A stretch of 64,000 nucleotides of DNA from Takakia lepidozioides. Lineage: Eukaryota > Plantae > Bryophyta. Under the pieces are notes generated by a model. It searched no databases and was not told the DNA's origin. It saw nothing but the letters and a program-made list of their open reading frames with translations. The stretch is taken from assembly GCA_030704615.1 (NCBI GenBank), contig CM060731.1, positions 40,300,001 through 40,364,000 on the forward strand, in the 5' to 3' direction. This document shows positions 1 through 13,230 of this stretch, in pieces. How positions within the stretch are numbered: position 1 is the first letter of the stretch; each line of letters begins with the position of its first letter. The translations under genes and the position numbers were made by a program.

Positions 1-129
1 CTGTTGTGTGTGCTGCTTGTGTCTGTAGTCAGATAATGTCGGATCGATCTATGAATCTGGACCCACACTCGATCCCTACTCCTTCAGCTATCCATGCATG
101 TGCTTGCAAGGTGAACGATGGCGGAAAAT

Positions 130-420
130 GCAGGGCTCCTGCAATTCAAGAAGATCAAGATCCGGGCATTGCGGGCAGTTCCTAAAACGTTGGCGCGGCG
201 ATTTCTATTGGCCTATTTCGTGCGGGCATTCCGGGCAGGTTCCAAAGAAATTGACGACGATGACGTGTCTACGATGACGTGGCGACGAAATGTGGCGATG
301 ATGACGTGGCACTATGGCACCCTATTCCCGCTCTACGCTAAACTAGCTTCCGACCTTCGGTCATCGCTAGAACTAGGGCTTCGCGTTGCTCCGCACTAGT
401 AGCGACCAATTCTGAGAACT
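130..420. repeat. Dispersed ~250-bp repeat, second copy at ~20150-20380; probable duplicated upstream region of the PPR gene family
   Basis: Shared AAAACGTTGGCGCGGC...GGCACCCTATTCC...CTAGAACTAGGGCTTC...AATTCTGAGAAC. Bases ~45-100 also match the reverse complement of ~24980-25030 and ~26230-26276. Confidence 0.7.
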
Positions 421-1485
421 GCGTGGCACAAAAAGGGGCGAGTCATCCCCATGGTGTTACATACATACATCCCGTATTTCATTGTTTTTTGCAAGAAAAT
501 GGTAAACATTTCATTGCCAGATGAGTTGTGGCCTCCCTTGTTTGATGAGAGGTAGGGCCTACCCGAGGACGCTGGGAGGCCGCACGCTAAATGAAATTTT
601 CCAAAAATCTCATGAAATGTTTTGGAGCAAATCCGCCACCTCATGGGCTATAAATGATCTTGAACAAAGAGTGAGTCATATGCAAAAGTGAGTGGGATCC
701 ATCCAAACCTGGTAAACAATGAAGGATTAACTGGATAAGTACTTTAAGACCAATAATCCATTTATTTTATTTTCACTTATTTTATTTTACTCCACAAAAT
801 GTTTTATGCTAAATACACTCAGAGTTATTTTAAAAACTCTTAGCCGGTCCATACTACTGAGGCCTTGTGGTGACCTTTGACACCCAATGCTTTTGGAGCT
901 TTATCATCAATATGCAACTGGTGCAAGTGGGCATTCTCTCTCAGGACAGAGATGAAGGATATTCAAAAGCAGCTTGCACTAAGCAAACTACAGTGCTTGC
1001 TGGTCAAGCATGTGTACTGGTCTTTTATTTTCTACTGTCCCCACCCCACCAGTGCATTGGATGCTTAAAATTCTAGGAAGCCTATTGACATTGGGTGGAC
1101 TTGAAACGGGAGTACATTAATGTCTCTGTGACTAAATGCCGGCCTTGTGACCTCGTGTCCTTGTTTGTTTCGACCCGAAGCGCTTTGCTTCAGGTAAGGT
1201 AGTGCATTGGATTTAGTTGGAAAGCTTGGGGCCTTTCCCTCTTTAGAATATGCCTACACGGGCCATTCCCTGCAACTCCTTGGAGTGTGATCTCTGAATG
1301 GTAACAAGCGGACTCCTACCGCTTGGGGGCAGCCCCTCCGCCCAAATTGGGCAGTCGTATGCTCTGTCTAGCATACTCGACACTTGGGCTCGGGTTGGTT
1401 CCTGTGCTTAAACTTATGGCCTGCGAAAACAATCAAAAATTTAGCTCCTATCAACATCAACACTCCTCAGGGTGATCCCTAGGAA

Positions 1486-3634
1486 TTGGTTACTTATGCC
1501 AAATCTAGGGCTTCATGTGTAGTTTTTGGGGTGAATCCCAGGATGGACGATGTGTCCTTTAAAACTACATGCTCTAGCTTAGGCTTGGATTTCATGGCTA
1601 ATGGTACCATCTCGAGACTTGATAACAGGGGTACGTTGAAGGTTGCAATGACCAAAAGTGCTTCTAATAGAGTCCCGCATCAATTCAATCTCAAAGAAGT
1701 TCGTCCCTTGACTGGCTGGAGAGCGGTCTTAGACATTGGTGATTCAATGGGGCGCTCTAGGAAGACAACCAAGGGCAACAACTTCAACTTGAGAGTTTTT
1801 CTAATCGGTTTGATGCTCTGGATGAGGTTGAATCCAAACAGCCAGAAGGACAAGATGCCCTAAGTGTACGGAACTTGAACATCCTGAATCTGAAGGATTT
1901 GGTACTCTGAATGGTTTACCAATCCTCAAGGTTTACACAAGACGAACAAATTCTATACACGGGGTAATTGTCCCCAAGCCGTCAGATGGACAATCTGTCC
2001 CTAAGTGTGCAGAGCCTGAACGTCGTGTAACTGAAGGATTTGGTACTCTAAATGGTTTACCAATCCTCAAAGTCTACACAAGACGAGCAAAATCTATACA
2101 CGGGGTAATTGTCCCCAAGCAGTCTGACGGACAATCTGCCCCTATGTGTGCGGAGCCTGTGCGTCGTGTAACTGAAAGATTTATTGGTACCCTGAATGGT
2201 TTAACCAATTCTCAAAGTTACACAAGACGAGCAAAATCTACACATGGGGTAACTGTCCCCCCTTTGCAGAACGGTTGGCCGTCCAGGAGCAATCACAAGC
2301 TACCTAGACGACAAACAATTCACCAAACGCAAGGGCTGGCTTGCGGCTGGCCACTTTCAACTTCTCAGGGTTGACCAACCAAAGGAAACAACTTGAAGTG
2401 GGACAAGTTCTTCGGACTAATGATATTCATATCTGGGTTGGGCAAGAAACATGGGAAACGTCGGATAAACTGGTTGGAGATGTCATTGGTTATAAATGGG
2501 CAGGTAAGTGTGTACTCTCAAGGCAGCCTCTGCAAAACGCGGTCAAAAAGGGTCGGATTCTTTGTCCGTGATTTCTTGTTTACAATTGTGAAATTATCAA
2601 CAAGGGTTTGAGGTACGAGCAGTATCTGGCTAAAACTGAATTTGAAGGCGGCATGAGTACAAAGGACCTCTTTGTTGGTTTTGTTACATGCCCACAGAGG
2701 GGACCCTTAGTGCTGACGCAGACAGGCCTTCGAAGATGTAAAGCTGGACTGTGCTTCGTTCCTTGCCAAAGGTCAGGTGGTACTATTGGGGACTTTCAAC
2801 CCCGGGTGGGCAAAGGGATCCATCAGGACGATATCATTGGACCTTTTGGTGAGGACGAGCTGAATTATAATGGCAGACGGTTAATTACTGTCTAGAAGAG
2901 CTTCAACTTTTGACCTTGAATAACAGGACAAGAGGTGACCAAGTGCAGTGGTGACTCGTGAGAAATCCCAAACTGGGGAACGTTCCATTGTGGACTATAT
3001 CATAATGGACAAAATTTTGTTCCCCCAGTGTGCCAATGTGTTGATCGACAGAACTGATATTGGTACCTCTGACCACTTCCTGGTTTGGACTGAGATCAAA
3101 AGGTGTTTTCCCACCACCAAGAGATCTGTGAAACGTTCGATCAGAAGTGGCGCATAGAAAATTCCACAATGAGGAGGTCAAGGCTGAGTACGTCCAGGCC
3201 TTGCAAGAGGCTCTCCCTCATTTTGTCCAATCGCTCCAAGAACTTCAGTCACACTCTGTTAACGCAAGAAATGAAGTCGAAAGAGCAGTGGACTCTTGGG
3301 AGAGTTTGTTTCCTCCGTGGCTGACAGAATCATTGGGAGGAAACTAATTGTCTGCGGTAGAGCAGTTAATTGGTGGACTAATGAGATTAAACTCAAGATA
3401 GCTGAGAGACGAGCCCTCTATAAAGAGTGCTGCAATTTGGAAACCAACAGAGAATTGTGGGCGAGGTACTACCAGCTCCGTAAAGATATCAATCAGCTTG
3501 TTAGGTCTCAGAAGAAATTATACTGGGACAAGTTATACAGTGAAATAAACTCAAACCACCATGGTGGTAATGACAAGAAATTCTGGTTGGCCCTTCAACG
3601 TTTGTACAAGCCGAAAAACGGTCAGCAAGTACAA
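1486..3634 (+). mobile_element. LINE (RTE/RTEX-like), 5' part: N-terminal region, AP endonuclease and linker; frameshifted
   Basis: APE motifs RLATFNFSGL, VGQETW, GDF, SIVDYI and SDH at 2341-3090. The ORF ends ...KPKNGQQVQ at the insertion point and continues in frame at 14257. Confidence 0.85.
1858..2260 (+). repeat. Three tandem 141-bp (47-codon) repeats within the LINE coding frame
   Basis: Units spaced exactly 141 bp (TAAG/TATG at 1861, 2002, 2143). Read as PKC..E...EGFGTLNGLPILKVYTRR..SIHGVIVPK.SDGQ.. with no stops in the first two units. Confidence 0.9.
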
Positions 3635-3821
3635 TGTCGTGCGCATACATATCGCTACACAACTACATCGCTGTCCAAAACCACACAACACATGTGCACA
3701 CCACACACTAGTATACCACTAGTCTACCACTAGTCCAGCCACTAGTCCAACCACTAGGCTACAACTAGTCAGTCACTAGCTGCCACTACGCTGCCCACTA
3801 TGGCAGTCACTAGTCCACACA
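3635..3821 (-). repeat. LTR segment A of element 1 (PPT-proximal half), with internal CACTAG micro-repeats
   Basis: First ~65 bp near-identical to 40449-40510. Bounded TG...CA and adjacent to the PPT. Confidence 0.85.
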
Positions 3822-3822
3822 A

Positions 3823-3832
3823 TCGCCCCCCT
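3823..3832 (-). promoter_or_regulatory. Polypurine tract AGGGGGGCGA of element 1
   Basis: Purine tract, one T, then TG of segment A. Identical at 40535-40544. Confidence 0.8.
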
Positions 3833-4081
3833 AGCTGGTGCTTAGGTCCCTCTAAGTCCAGGTAGCCACAAGATGTGATAGTGACCATAGCCTCACTAAG
3901 TCCTCCACCACTATCCCTACTACACTCAAACTCGATAGATCAAGAGGCCGGGTGCAAGAGTTGCCCCATCGTTAGTCGCCGTCTTGCAACCTGTGAACTT
4001 GAGCTTGGGATCTCATGTATTGACTCCTATGAGCTTGGCCTCCCATGTCTTGTTAGCTGCCTCCAGTCATGTCCACTGCCA

Positions 4082-7000
4082 CTATCCCAAGCAGTGTGGA
4101 CACAACCAATCTCCGTCAGGAACTTCTCAAGAGGTGGTGTCAAGCATCCCATATGCCAACCCCTTGAGCACCGATCACACACCAGCATGGTGGCTGCCCC
4201 TTTGGCAGACCCACAGAGCATGCACCTCAAACCTGCAGGTACCACTGCCAAGTTTGGGTCAACTCTGCCATCGACATTGGGAAGGTGACATGGCGCACAA
4301 TTACGCACATGGTCCTTTCCAAGTCATGCCATCCCGACCCTCTAAGATCAGGACCCCTGAGGGCAACACCTCTCGAACCCTCAGAATAACACGCCCTGCA
4401 GTAACATCCAGAGTCGTAGGAGCAGTCTGCTGCAAATAAACATAGTCACCAGGGCTAAACCTCCGAACCCCAGGACGATATCCTCCACCACGTATAGTGG
4501 CATACCTCAACGTATCACGGTGCTGTGCAATGGCAAGGTTCTCAAAAGCCATGGGCATGACTTTCTTGAACAACTCTGCACGCTGATCACATGCACGTAC
4601 CCACACGTCCGGATCGTCAAGGTTAAGGACTTGAGCAGTGTCCCTACGAATGGCTGCAGGCAAATCCGGCTCTCGGCCAAAGAGAAGGAAATATGGTGAG
4701 AAGGAGGCAAGTGATGCTTGTTTGCTGAACCTGTAGCCCATGGCTAACCAAGGAACCTGAAGATCCCAATCTCCTAGGTGTCCCTTCTGCAAGCCATACT
4801 TGCGCAAACCCCTCTTCACCGTCTGAACAACTCTCTCTGCTAAGCCATCGGCCTCAGGATGATCCCGAGAAGTGGTGCGGTGGTCTATCAAGGCTTTATC
4901 ACACAAAGCCTGAAACTCCCCCAAGAACTCTCTCCCTTGGTCCGTGAGTACCTCAGCTGGAGCACCAAATCGGCTAAGCACACGATCCAAGAATGCATAC
5001 GCAGCCCCTCACTAGCCTTGTCAGGCAATGGAACCAACTCAATCCACTTGGAGAAGTGCTCCACCATCACCAACACATATCTGTGGTGGCGCATAGTCAG
5101 TGGCAACGGTCCTGCGAAGTCAAGACTCCACCTGTAGCCCAATCCCATGATAGGTAAAGGATGCAACTGTGGTGTAGGGGCGTTGAATGAAGCACGCACC
5201 CTGTCACACACCATGCACCTAGCCACAAACTGTTGCACCTCTGTATGCATACCACGCCACCAATACTGCCCCTGCAGTAAACTGTGAGTGCGTCGCACTC
5301 CAAAATGCCCCAACTCCTCATGGGCATGCCGCACTAACCGTGCACGTTGTGTGGGGTGAGGCACAATCCTCACCCGACCACCCCCACACTCGAAGTAGGT
5401 GTATCCCCTCCCACTTGAACCTCTTGGCTCGTTGCAGGATCCGATCCCTCTCCCTGGCAGTCACAATGGCTGCCGTGTCTCCGTGCGGAGGTAGTCCAAC
5501 ACAGCCGAATCCTCATGTATATCTCTGGCACCACCTAGCTCATCACTAGCCTCAGGGTCCTCAGACACTCCGTCTACAGTCATCCCTGTTGTAGGTCCAA
5601 TCTGACCTCCCGATGCCAAGATACACAAAAATGCAGATGCGTGCCATCCCGGCACCATCTCCTCGTCCGTCTCACCATGCCACCGAGCTCCAGTGTCATC
5701 CTGCTGGCTCATGGATTGACTCAATCCATCCGCATCCCGATTGTCGATGCGAGTATAAGTGCTGCAAGCTTCCCCGTAAGCTTGTCTGACTCCATCAACC
5801 ACTTGAGTTGGTGATCCGTGACAGTGAAAAAATTATTAATAAATGCCCCCCTCTTAGCTAACAAATTCCAGCGCCTCTTTGTTCGAGCGGCTAGCGTAAG
5901 CCACTACGAACTCTCTTCCCTCATCATCCACCTGTGTGAGCACCGCTCCAAGCCCCAGCATGCTCCAATATGCAGCTGAAAGGGACGCCCCCTGATAGGT
6001 CGTCTCAAGATAGGCGCCGAGGTCAACCTCGCCTTGAGCTCTTGAAAAGCTCGTTCCTGCTCATCTTCCCACTGCCACTCCTGGTCCACCTTGGTCAGCT
6101 TGGTTAGAGCCTTTGCAATGGTACTAAATCCCTTGACAAACCGTCTATAATAGTTTGCCAACCCCATGAAAGCTCGAACTCGGCTCACATCCGTGGGGCG
6201 TGGAATTTGTGCAATGGCTCTACCTTAGTCTGCTGTACCCCCAATCCTCCAGGATATATCATGTGACCCAGATACTCAATCTGGTTGTGGAAAAACTTGC
6301 ACTTCCCGGATGCAACTTCAATCCGTGCGCTCTCAAGCGCTCCAATACCACCTGAAGGTGTCTCTCATGCCTCTCCATCGTAACACTAAAGATGATGATG
6401 TCATCTATGTATGTAGCACCGAGCAAAGTCCACCCCTGCTAGAATCCTATCCATGACTCTCTGAAACTCTGCAGGAGCATTCTTAAGCCCAAATGGTAAG
6501 AACGCCACTGATATAGGCAATCCTTGCCGTGCTCATTGATCCCCCAGAATGCCGTCTTCTGCTTGTCCGCCTCCTTGATTGGCAACTGGTGATATCCGGA
6601 TCGTAAATCCAAAGTGCTAAAGGCCTTAGCATGCCCGATGGCATCAAAGATCTCCTCTGGTGTTGGCATGGCATACTTATCGGACTTGGTCTGACGATTT
6701 ACAGGCCGGTAATCACCGCACATACGTCTCTCCGTCCAATTGCCATAGACATCCTTCTTGGCTGGCATCACTGTGGCTGAAGCATACTCTCCACCAGAGA
6801 GCTCCACCAAACCTGCCTCCCAGATCTTGAGTCCTCATCTGAATCAAAGACCTCTCCATGTCACTGTATCTATAGGGTCTCCGAAAGATTGGCGTGTCAG
6901 TGGCCAACTCAATACGGATCTCTTGACCCTTCAGTGCTCCCAAGTCCTTCAAACTGAAGGCAAAGCAATTCCTGTAAGCCCTCAGGAACCGCCGTATACG

Positions 7001-7111
7001 TCGTCTCTCTCCTCCGGTGACAATGGGTCCAATGTCAGGCTCCCAATTGTCCTCCGTAACTACAACCTTAAGTCCAGTGGGCTTAGAGGTAGAGGACGCG
7101 TCCCGTGGTTG
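4082..7111 (-). pseudogene. pol of element 1: RT, RNase H, integrase (HHCC and DDE) and C-terminal PHD finger; frameshifted, RNase H region garbled
   Basis: RMCGDYRPVN, FSTLDLRSGYHQ, HEELGHFG...CMVC, WSLDFAGP, TDQGREF, GLAER. PHD CMLC...CDRC..GWHMGC...WLCPHC, then TAG at 4082-4084. Confidence 0.92.
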
Positions 7112-10100
7112 CTATGCTGCAACCTCTTGAGCAGTACTCCCTACCTGCTCAGTCAATGACAAGGCCTCATCCTGCCCCATCATCTCATCCTTGAGGACCT
7201 CCTCAACCCGAGAAGAATCCCCAACCTCATCCATCACAGCCGCCTTGGCTGCCAACTCCCTCTGAACCTCGAGCACCTCCCACGTGTGCCATGGATGCAT
7301 GCACCCCGTGGTCCTCATATGCTCGCCCCCACTCACTGCCTGTACCGTCTCGGTAGGCAGAGAGACCATTGAGGGAAGTGTATTCCGCACTCTGCGTTGC
7401 TCAGCTAGAGCCAAGCTGATAATCCAGGTCAAGCAATTGAGATCCATTGCTTGCCCCAACACTTGACGACGTGATGCCTCAGAAAGAGACGACACCGCCG
7501 TGGTACCAGTGGTAAAACCCATTGCCCGCTCACGCTCGTCAGCATTAGGCTCCACTAACTGCTGCAACTGAGCATCCCACAGGAGGCCAGGTCCACTATC
7601 CCGGAAAGCATGCGATCCTGGGAAGCTGAGCAGTGTAGGTAATGCTGCTCGTGGTTGACCCACCTTGTTGACCACTGCCAAAGGCGAACGGTCATCGTGT
7701 CTCACACGTTGAGACTGCCTCCCTGTGTCCAGAATGTTATCCACTGTGAGATGTGCTGGCCGCTGCACCCATCAAATGCACGCTTGAGCAGTGCGGGTGG
7801 CATCATGTTAGTCCACCATAGCCGTGGACGATGAGCCCGTGACCCCACTGTAGCTGCATCTAGCAACACTGCTGACCCAAGCCACGACCGGACTTGATGC
7901 ACACTGGCCATCACCCTGGCCCGAGAATCGCCCATCAGTGGCACATTCTCCAAGATGTATGCTGAGATACAGCTTGATGAAGCTGCAAGTGGCGCAAAAC
8001 CCGCACCATCTCCCAAAACAGACCCGACCTCGAGTCTCGCAATCCATTGCCATGCCCGGCTGATGAATGCCCTTGGCAGGGCCAACCTGCCACTACCAGA
8101 TCAATGGAGCCAACCCGCTCCAAATCCTGCGCCCCCAGCAACGAAATGTCTGCTGGCAAGGCCTGCTGATATCCACGAATTGCAGACACCGACAACAACT
8201 CAGGGTACCGCTGCACCAACTGAGCAACATGGCGAAGTGAAACGCGTCGTGCAGTCTCATCCCTCTCCACATACAGGTAACGCCGAACTCGTACACCTGC
8301 CTGTAACACAGCAGCCAATCCGGTGCTGATCCCGCCAAACAAGTCCAGAAGACAAATGCCTTCATCCGGAGACTGCCACACAATAGGTGTGGTGTCCAAT
8401 GGAGACAATTGAGGTGGTCCTGGTGCAATCCCCACACTCTCCTCCTCTCCTGACGGTACAAAAGCCTCCACCCAGGCTTGTTGCACCCGTCGATCAGCAT
8501 CCCGCTGCAAATCCTTGCTCGTGCCCCACAATGGAGTCTGAGCAACCATGGTAGGCAACTCCGCCATACCATACATGTCATCCTGCTCTCCCGGAGGTGG
8601 TACATCCTCTGAATGAGCATTGCCCTCAAGCAACTCTCTAGGCCAACTCACTGCCGCTGTGAATGCTGCTAGTGTCGGCATCTTGCCTCGCTGGGCAACC
8701 GCAACTCCTCCTATGAACGTCACAGGGAGCTGCACACGCCGGCCCTCCCCTGACTGCCATGCAGGCCTATAGGAAGCTGACTCCTCCCAAAAATCCAGGG
8801 TGAAGCCCATGGGGTACAACACTGCCCCACCAACCAGGACATCGTATGAGACTGCGTCTGTCACAATGGCCTTGGCTCGCATCACTGAGCCATCTGTAGG
8901 GTGATCCGGCCGTAGTCTGATAGCCAACTCACGCCGTGTCATGCCCCGAGCCTGCTCCGATCCTCCCAGAGACGTCTGTATCTGGAAAGGACAAGGCTCC
9001 ATATCCGCCTCCGTGAGGCCCAAGCCTGCAATAGCAGCTCTGCCCAGCATCAATGGCTGAGCTCCCGAGTCCAACAAGACCCGCAGTGGCCGGTACCTCT
9101 TGCCTGCCGGTCCACTCAAACAGAAAATGCCATCCTGGTTGTCTAACATGACAACTCCAGGTGTCACCATGGCGCGCTCAATGGCTGGCCTAGCTGGCAG
9201 CTCCATCAACCTGGCAGCTGCAGCTTGCCATGGCGCCGCCGTGGCAGTCTTGACCCTCAAATCCGAGGATCCCTCCGGCACTACACCTCCCACTATCTCC
9301 GCAGAAGATGAAGTAACCTCCCCACTCTCACAGAGTGTAGCTGCCAGCCTGAACACCTCAGCTCTTACCCCGGCGTCGCAATCATGGTAGCCGAGAACAA
9401 TGGAGCCTGGCACACAGATGTGGCCGCTCCTAGCAGCACACTAGCTGCCGTAGCCTTGGCAACACTAGGTAGTGGTGCTACCCGTGTAGCTCTCCCCAAT
9501 GGCATAGTAACCTCCGCCTCGGTAATAGTCGGGCGAGAACTAGGTGCCATGGATGGCGTCGACACTGTCTCCGCCAATGTGAATGACTGAGGAAGCCTAG
9601 CCTGACGGCTTGCCTCCCCACGCTGTGGATCCAACTCCACCTCTGCACCTCGTGGCTCAGGAACTCGTGCTGCTCCTCGAGTCACGGCTGCAGCAGACTC
9701 CACCTGCACTAGTGGTAGTGCTGCTCCACACATGAATCCCATGCCTCCCATATCTCCTCCCTCAGGAGCAGGAGGTGGACCATCCGGCCTTAGAGCCGGT
9801 ACCACCTGAGCTGTAGCCATGGCAGCGAGCCTCTGCTCTAGCTGCTGAAGCCGGTTGGCCATGCCTTGGTCAACACCCTGACCTCCGCGTCCTTGGCCAC
9901 GTTGAGCTTGCCCTTGGCCTGCACCTCGTGGCTGGCCACCTCGTCCTCTCTGGGCTGCTCCACCTCGCCCCCGCCCCCGGCCACCATTGTTCCCTTGGGA
10001 ACTGGCCTGGGCGCAACTCAGGATGCAAACCATAACACTGGGCCTCTCCATGCCCGTGCTTGCCACAATGCCCACACTGCAACTGTGCAGGCTGTGCATG

Positions 10101-11275
10101 TGCCGGCCCTTTGCCTCCCTCTGGGCAATCCTTCTTGACATGGGGTCCTCCACATGTCCAGCACACCACATCCGCCCGTTGTTGGCCAGCAAATGAAGGG
10201 AGAGACCCCTGCATCTGAGGTCCTCTCTGCCCTTCCCTGAGCTTCACCTGAGCCCCCTTGTTGCCTTGAGCACGTTGAGGTAGTGGTTGGCTAGGAGCAC
10301 CACTACCCCGTGGTGTCTCCTTAGCAAATCCCACCATGACCACTCGTTCCTCCACCATGTTGAGCTCTATCCGCTCTGCCAGCAAAAACATTTGCTAAGG
10401 TGGGTTGGGCCGCTTGTAGGAGAGTTGCATCCCGCACCTTCTCCTCAGCTCCTTGTCCAATATCCCATACCAGAATTGGACTGCCTGAGCTTCCGTAACC
10501 CCTTGGGTTACATTTATCAAGCGCCTCATGCGAGTGAAAGCCTCCCTCAAGCTCTCGGTCGGCTTCCGTTGGAACTCTTGCAAGCTCCGCAACTTCTCTG
10601 TCCTCACCCCTTGGTAGTTCCCTCTCAACTCTTCGAAGAACTCCACAACAGGGTTGAAGGCAGGCGTGCTAGTGGGTGCGGTAGTGGCTTGGGTGGACGT
10701 CGTAGCTACTGTACCACCAGTCCCACTGCTGCTTGCTGAAGCTGCCGGTGCAGCGGCAGGTGTAGCCACTGCCCTCGTGGCTCTAGTGCCCCTAGTGATG
10801 GAGACATAGTCGGGTGACCAGTACATCCTCCACTCCTCGATCTCAACCTCATGCCCCCGCCTGAACTCATGGTAATCATCCATAGGCGGCCCCTCAAGGT
10901 GCTGAAACAGCCCTTTCCATGCCATGAACGGCGTAAATAGTTGTGGATTGCGCATTTGCTGCAAATCACACCAACTATCAAACTCTTGGATAAAATCATC
11001 CAACTCAATGGTGCCCACCGCCCCAGAGTACCTTCGTGGCCCTTGGTAGCTCCATACATCTCCTCCATTGTGTCCCACAACAATGGCAAAGAAACAACTT
11101 GCACCGCCGGTATGAGCCCTCCTGATTCACAATCCGAATCAGAACCTTCCGTGGAAGACACAGGAGGTGAAGGTGGCCTAAACCGCACACCTCGTCTCGT
11201 GTACCCACTAGTATCGCTAGTGCTCGAACCGGCACTGTCCCCAGCAACTAGTGGCACCTCCGTGTTGACACTCAA
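7112..11275 (-). pseudogene. gag (two Zn knuckles, RGG-rich), aspartic protease and C5 DNA methyltransferase of element 1; frameshifted
   Basis: CWTCGGPHVKKDC and CGHCGKHGHGEAQC knuckles; LLDSGA protease; MTase motifs DLFGG, YVE, GWPCQ, ENV, RPRLWWTN, ERERAMGF, LGQAM. Confidence 0.9.
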
Positions 11276-11499
11276 CCGGTCATGAACATGTCCCTAACCC
11301 CCTCTCCACAAGGTAACCGGGTAGAGAACCTGTTGCGGCTTATGGTTTGGAATACTAAGTTCCTAACATAGCCTACACCTGACTTGCATGACCATGGGAA
11401 TATCATGAAGATACTCCTCAAACCGCCCTCCACGAGCTTCAAAATTCGGCCTTCCAGACCACATGCCAGTCCTTAGTCCACCAGTGCCTCCACGAGTCA

Positions 11500-12420
11500 G
11501 CACATCCACAGGTCAACACGGGCCACCACAGACCAGCAGGCCCACACAGCTCACTGGTCACAGCCGTCACAGTCCCACAGGCCACTGGCCACAGCTGGGT
11601 CACAGCCTCAAAGGCCTCAGCCTGGCCCCTCACAGTCACAGCCTCACAATCATGTTCAAGGCCTCATCACAGTCAGGCCTGTCTCACAGCCCGTCACAGC
11701 CTTGTCACGCCCCTTCACAGCCCCAAAGTGGGCCCCACAGGGCAACAGCCCCTCACAGGGGACAGGCCCGGAACAGCTCACAACAACAGCCCCTCACAGG
11801 CCCAGACAGCCGCCCCAAAGGCCCACGCCTGTCACAGCCCTCACAGCCTTTCACAGTCACAGCGGCACTAGCCCTCACAGCCCTCACAGGCCCCAAAGGC
11901 CTCAGGCACGGCCTGTCACAGCGGTCAAGCCCCAAAGGCCTCAGGCACTGTCACAGCCCCTCACAGCCCCAAAGGCCTCAGGCACGCCCTGTCACACAGC
12001 CCCTCACAGCCCGTCACAGCCCCAAAGGCCATGGCACGGCCTGTCACAGCCCCTCACAGCCCGTCACAGCCTCAAAGGCCTCAGGCACGCCTGTCACAGC
12101 CCGCCCCAGTTGTCACAGCCCGCCTCACACAGCCTGTCACCACAGCCCCACAGCCCAAAGGCCACTGGGCACAGCCTGCCTGACACAGCCCGTCACAGCC
12201 CCACAGGGCACAGGGCACAGCCTGTCACAGCCCATCACAGGCCTCAAAGGGCCTGTCACAGGGGCCCCAAAGGCCACACAGCCTGTCACAGCCTTCACAG
12301 CCCTTCACAGCCTGGTCACAGCCCCACAGGGCACAGGGCACAGCCTGTCACTTTCACAGCAGCACAGCTCACAGCTCGCCACAGCCTCACAGGTCATGCC
12401 ACAGTCACAGCCCCAAGTAT
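11500..12420. repeat. Low-complexity tandem array of ~10-11-bp CCCGTCACAGC/CCCTCACAGC units in the leader of element 1
   Basis: Dozens of TCACAGC motifs; the array accounts for the S/Q/P/T-rich ORFs here. Confidence 0.9.
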
Positions 12421-12879
12421 TAGCCATTTCTCCAAGGGGTTTAGCCCGCCAAGCTAGGGTTTGTGTCTCTTGGACTCTAGGCTTCTTTCCACCGAGCTAT
12501 GGTGGCTGTGAGGAAATCAGCAAGGTATCCTTGCTCTTTCGGCTCCCACACACCACCATAGTAGCCCTAAGCCATGAGGTGGTTGCCACACAACCAAGCC
12601 TTCTTTCTCACTTAGCCTCCCCAAACACGCCACTAAACTCAATGGCAAACAACCAAGCCCTGCTGGTTCCCAGCCCTTGTGAGCACTCATTCAAGCACTC
12701 TCATTGGCCATAAGCATCTGTCTTAGAGCCTATTCCAGCCTTCTACACCTGTTGCTTCAAGAGTTGCGCTCCCTTCAAGCTTGAAGTTTGAACCCCAACT
12801 CACATAGGCCCTACAAGTGCTGTTCTTTTCACTCCAAGTGGAAAACCAGCCCTAGACCTTCCGTTCTAGCTCTCTAAGG

Positions 12880-13230
12880 CTTGAAAACAAGAGCCTCAAT
12901 GGCTGAAGGCATGCTCCACACATGCCCCACTCTCACCATAAGAGAATCAACTCCTTTGCTTCATTTCTTGCACCACACAAACCTGATAATACAAGCTTCA
13001 GCAGGCTGAAAGCATGCTCTACATGCCCTACAGGGAAACCAGCCCCTTCCTTCCTTTCTTGCACTCCCACACCTAAAAGTGCAAGCTTCACCAGGCTGAT
13101 AGCATGCTCCACACATACATTGCCCTCACATAAGGGAAGTCAGCCCTTCCCTCTTCCTTGCTTGCCCTCCAAGCTTGAAGATGGAAGCTTCAATGAGCTG
13201 AATACATGCTCCACACATGCAACCTCTTCA
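12880..13230. repeat. Four degenerate ~95-100-bp tandem repeats
   Basis: GCTGA..GCATGCTCCACACATGC-like motif recurring near 12901, 13003, 13094 and 13197. Confidence 0.65.

Noticed and set aside
380-420. Helitron 3' end (CTAG) or CACTA terminus
   Set aside because: Homology with the 20.3-kb copy continues on both sides of the motif, and no partner terminus or TSD was found.
1135-1360. HDV-like ribozyme at the LINE 5' end
   Set aside because: Hairpins are present, but I could not build the nested double pseudoknot by eye; it needs a motif search.
11463-12713. 416-aa and 251-aa ORFs
   Set aside because: Artefacts of a stop-poor CACAGC repeat, antisense to the element.
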